Assembly: GCA_036172245.1 (NCBI GenBank)
Contig: JAYWIR010000019.1
Location: forward strand, 1,178,001 to 1,242,000
DNA length: 64,000 bases
DNA from: Raillietiella orientalis
Lineage: Eukaryota
Direction: 5' to 3'
The notes under the pieces were generated by a model. That model saw nothing but the letters and a program-made list of their open reading frames with translations. It did not search any database and was not told where the DNA came from. Positions 62,329 through 64,000 of this stretch are shown in pieces; the first letter of the stretch is position 1, and each line of letters starts with the position of its first letter. Made by a program: the position numbers and the translations under genes.

Positions 62329-64000
62329 CTGGAAGAATACGAAGCGTCATTTCCGGTGCCCACCTAAGAACGCGGGTGATGCGGGCTGGGCGGGGAAGGG
62401 GAGGGCTGATCTTCCGTGGAGAAGCTGGTAGCTTTGCTCTCCTGGCGCCTGCAAAAGGGGGCTGCACGAAAAACAGGAAGCCCGAGGGAAAGAGCCCGGG
62501 GGGTTCTAGGTCCATGGCGGAGCCGGATGGCTGGCAGGAGGCCCTCCCAGCAGCAGAGTGAAGAAGAGGCATCCCGGAGACGAGGTCACGAGAGCCTTCC
62601 ATATCCCTCGCCGCGTCCGCACATCGATCGGCGGCTCTCCCTCCGCCTCATTTTCGTGTCCGGAACCCGCCGAAAGGGAAGATGACCAGAATCGTCCCCT
62701 GCAAAGGGTCGTTCTTCCCTTCTTCCTCATCCCTTCTCCGACTGTTGAGCGAGGTTTCGCCCCGCTCGAAGCCTCCCGCGCGCGCACTGCTGGACACTCG
62801 GAAGAGACGGGTGGAGGGAGGGGGGAACATTCCGGAAACGCAGGCGCAGCAGCTCGTGAGGAAGAAAGAAAAAAGTGCTGCTTGCACGCGTTCGGAAACC
62901 GCGCGACGAGGACACTGTGCTGGCGCTCTCCATCAAGAAATCGCAGGCTCTACCACCCCCTCCGGAAAGAGAGCGCGTCCAGATGACCTCGTGGCTGCTA
63001 AGGGCTACGCACGAATGTCGTCCTGCCCGATGCCCACCTGTCCATCTCCCTTCAAGATGCAAGGGAGCAGAGGGAAGGATTGATCCTGGAAGAGCAGACG
63101 CTGCTCTTTGCGCTCAGATGCTGCTGGACCGAGAGTATCTCGGCAGTGATCTTCGCTCTGGGGATCGACGCGACGTGCTTCCCACGCGCTCAGGCGCCCC
63201 CAGCTCGACTCACTGCCTCCGCCGAAGAGCCAGCCGTCCTCGATCCCTCCGGACCCTTCCGAGCGCGCACAGCAGCGCGGCGCCCCAGGTTCCCGTACCT
63301 CTCGCGGAAGGGTTCAGGCAAATCAGAGCTCCCGCAGGCAGGGAAAGTCGAACGTCCCGTGAGCGTCCGCAAGGGAGGGCGGCCTTTTTTTCGGCGCGAC
63401 TTTGCTGGTGCAGGCTGACTCAGGAGCAACTCTGGTGCGCCTGTCCGGTCGCTCATGCTGGCAAGCCGGAGAGGCGGGAACCTCGTGACGATTTGCCTCG
63501 CCTTTTCCCCCTAGGGCATCTCCATCGGAGGACAGCCGGTCCGCCCGAGCCCAGGAGGACAGGAAAGTAGGCGGAGGGACATTTCCGCTGCTCCCTTTTC
63601 CCTGCAGAGAGAAGAAACTTCCTCCCAAAGACCTCCGAAGGAAAGGTGGCCGTCTTTGGAGGGAAACTCTGCACGCGAGAAACATCTGCAGAAGAAACGT
63701 TCGCACGAGTCGGTCGAGTCCAGCGTTTCCAGATTACCCTCTTTCGACCGGCGCCACGAAGCGCGCTGTTGTTCGCGGCACCTCCAGTTCTACCACCCTG
63801 ACCAACAAATGGTTTCGAAGAAACCTTTGAGGATAGAAAAGTCCTCGCCTCCTTTGAGGAGGGCGTGCACTTTGTCGCAAGAAGGGTGAGCTACGGGAAG
63901 GAAAGGAGGGGAGCTTCTTCCGTTCAGTCGCGATGCTGGAAACGCGTTCTTGGACGAAGATCCACCCGCGTTCGAAAGAGGAAGCTGCGAAAGAGGAAGA

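Noticed and set aside
57390..64000. Many long overlapping ORFs in dachs introns and upstream region
   Set aside because: Expected in GC-rich DNA; Arg/Pro/Gly-rich with no domain motifs, and many are antisense to real exons.
1..64000. CRISPR array, operons or prokaryotic defence system
   Set aside because: No regularly spaced repeats; spliceosomal introns and animal genes show this is eukaryotic DNA.

Overview
Eukaryotic (invertebrate animal, probably arthropod) genomic DNA with two compartments. About 1-50 kb is a repeat graveyard. It holds roughly 20 5'-truncated, decayed copies of several L1/Tx1-like non-LTR retrotransposon families on both strands, the best being a 653-codon RT/zinc-finger ORF at 25734-27695(-). 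It also contains a tRNA-Ala(UGC) copy inside a LINE relic, relics of LRR-ROC-COR, ankyrin, possible NB-ARC and CUB genes, a degenerate Myc-family gene, and one apparently intact 7-exon orphan coiled-coil gene. About 50.7-64 kb holds two intact convergent spliced genes with mostly very short (42-79 nt) introns: BRAT1 (+) and the unconventional myosin dachs (-, 5' end not found). The most interesting signal is a structured 3' end shared by otherwise very diverged LINE families: a U-rich tract, a multi-stem domain, a hairpin, then a poly(A)-signal-like motif followed by a bulged terminal stem-loop with compensatory base changes and almost no poly(A) tail. All homology calls are by-eye motif recognition; no searches or folding programs were run.
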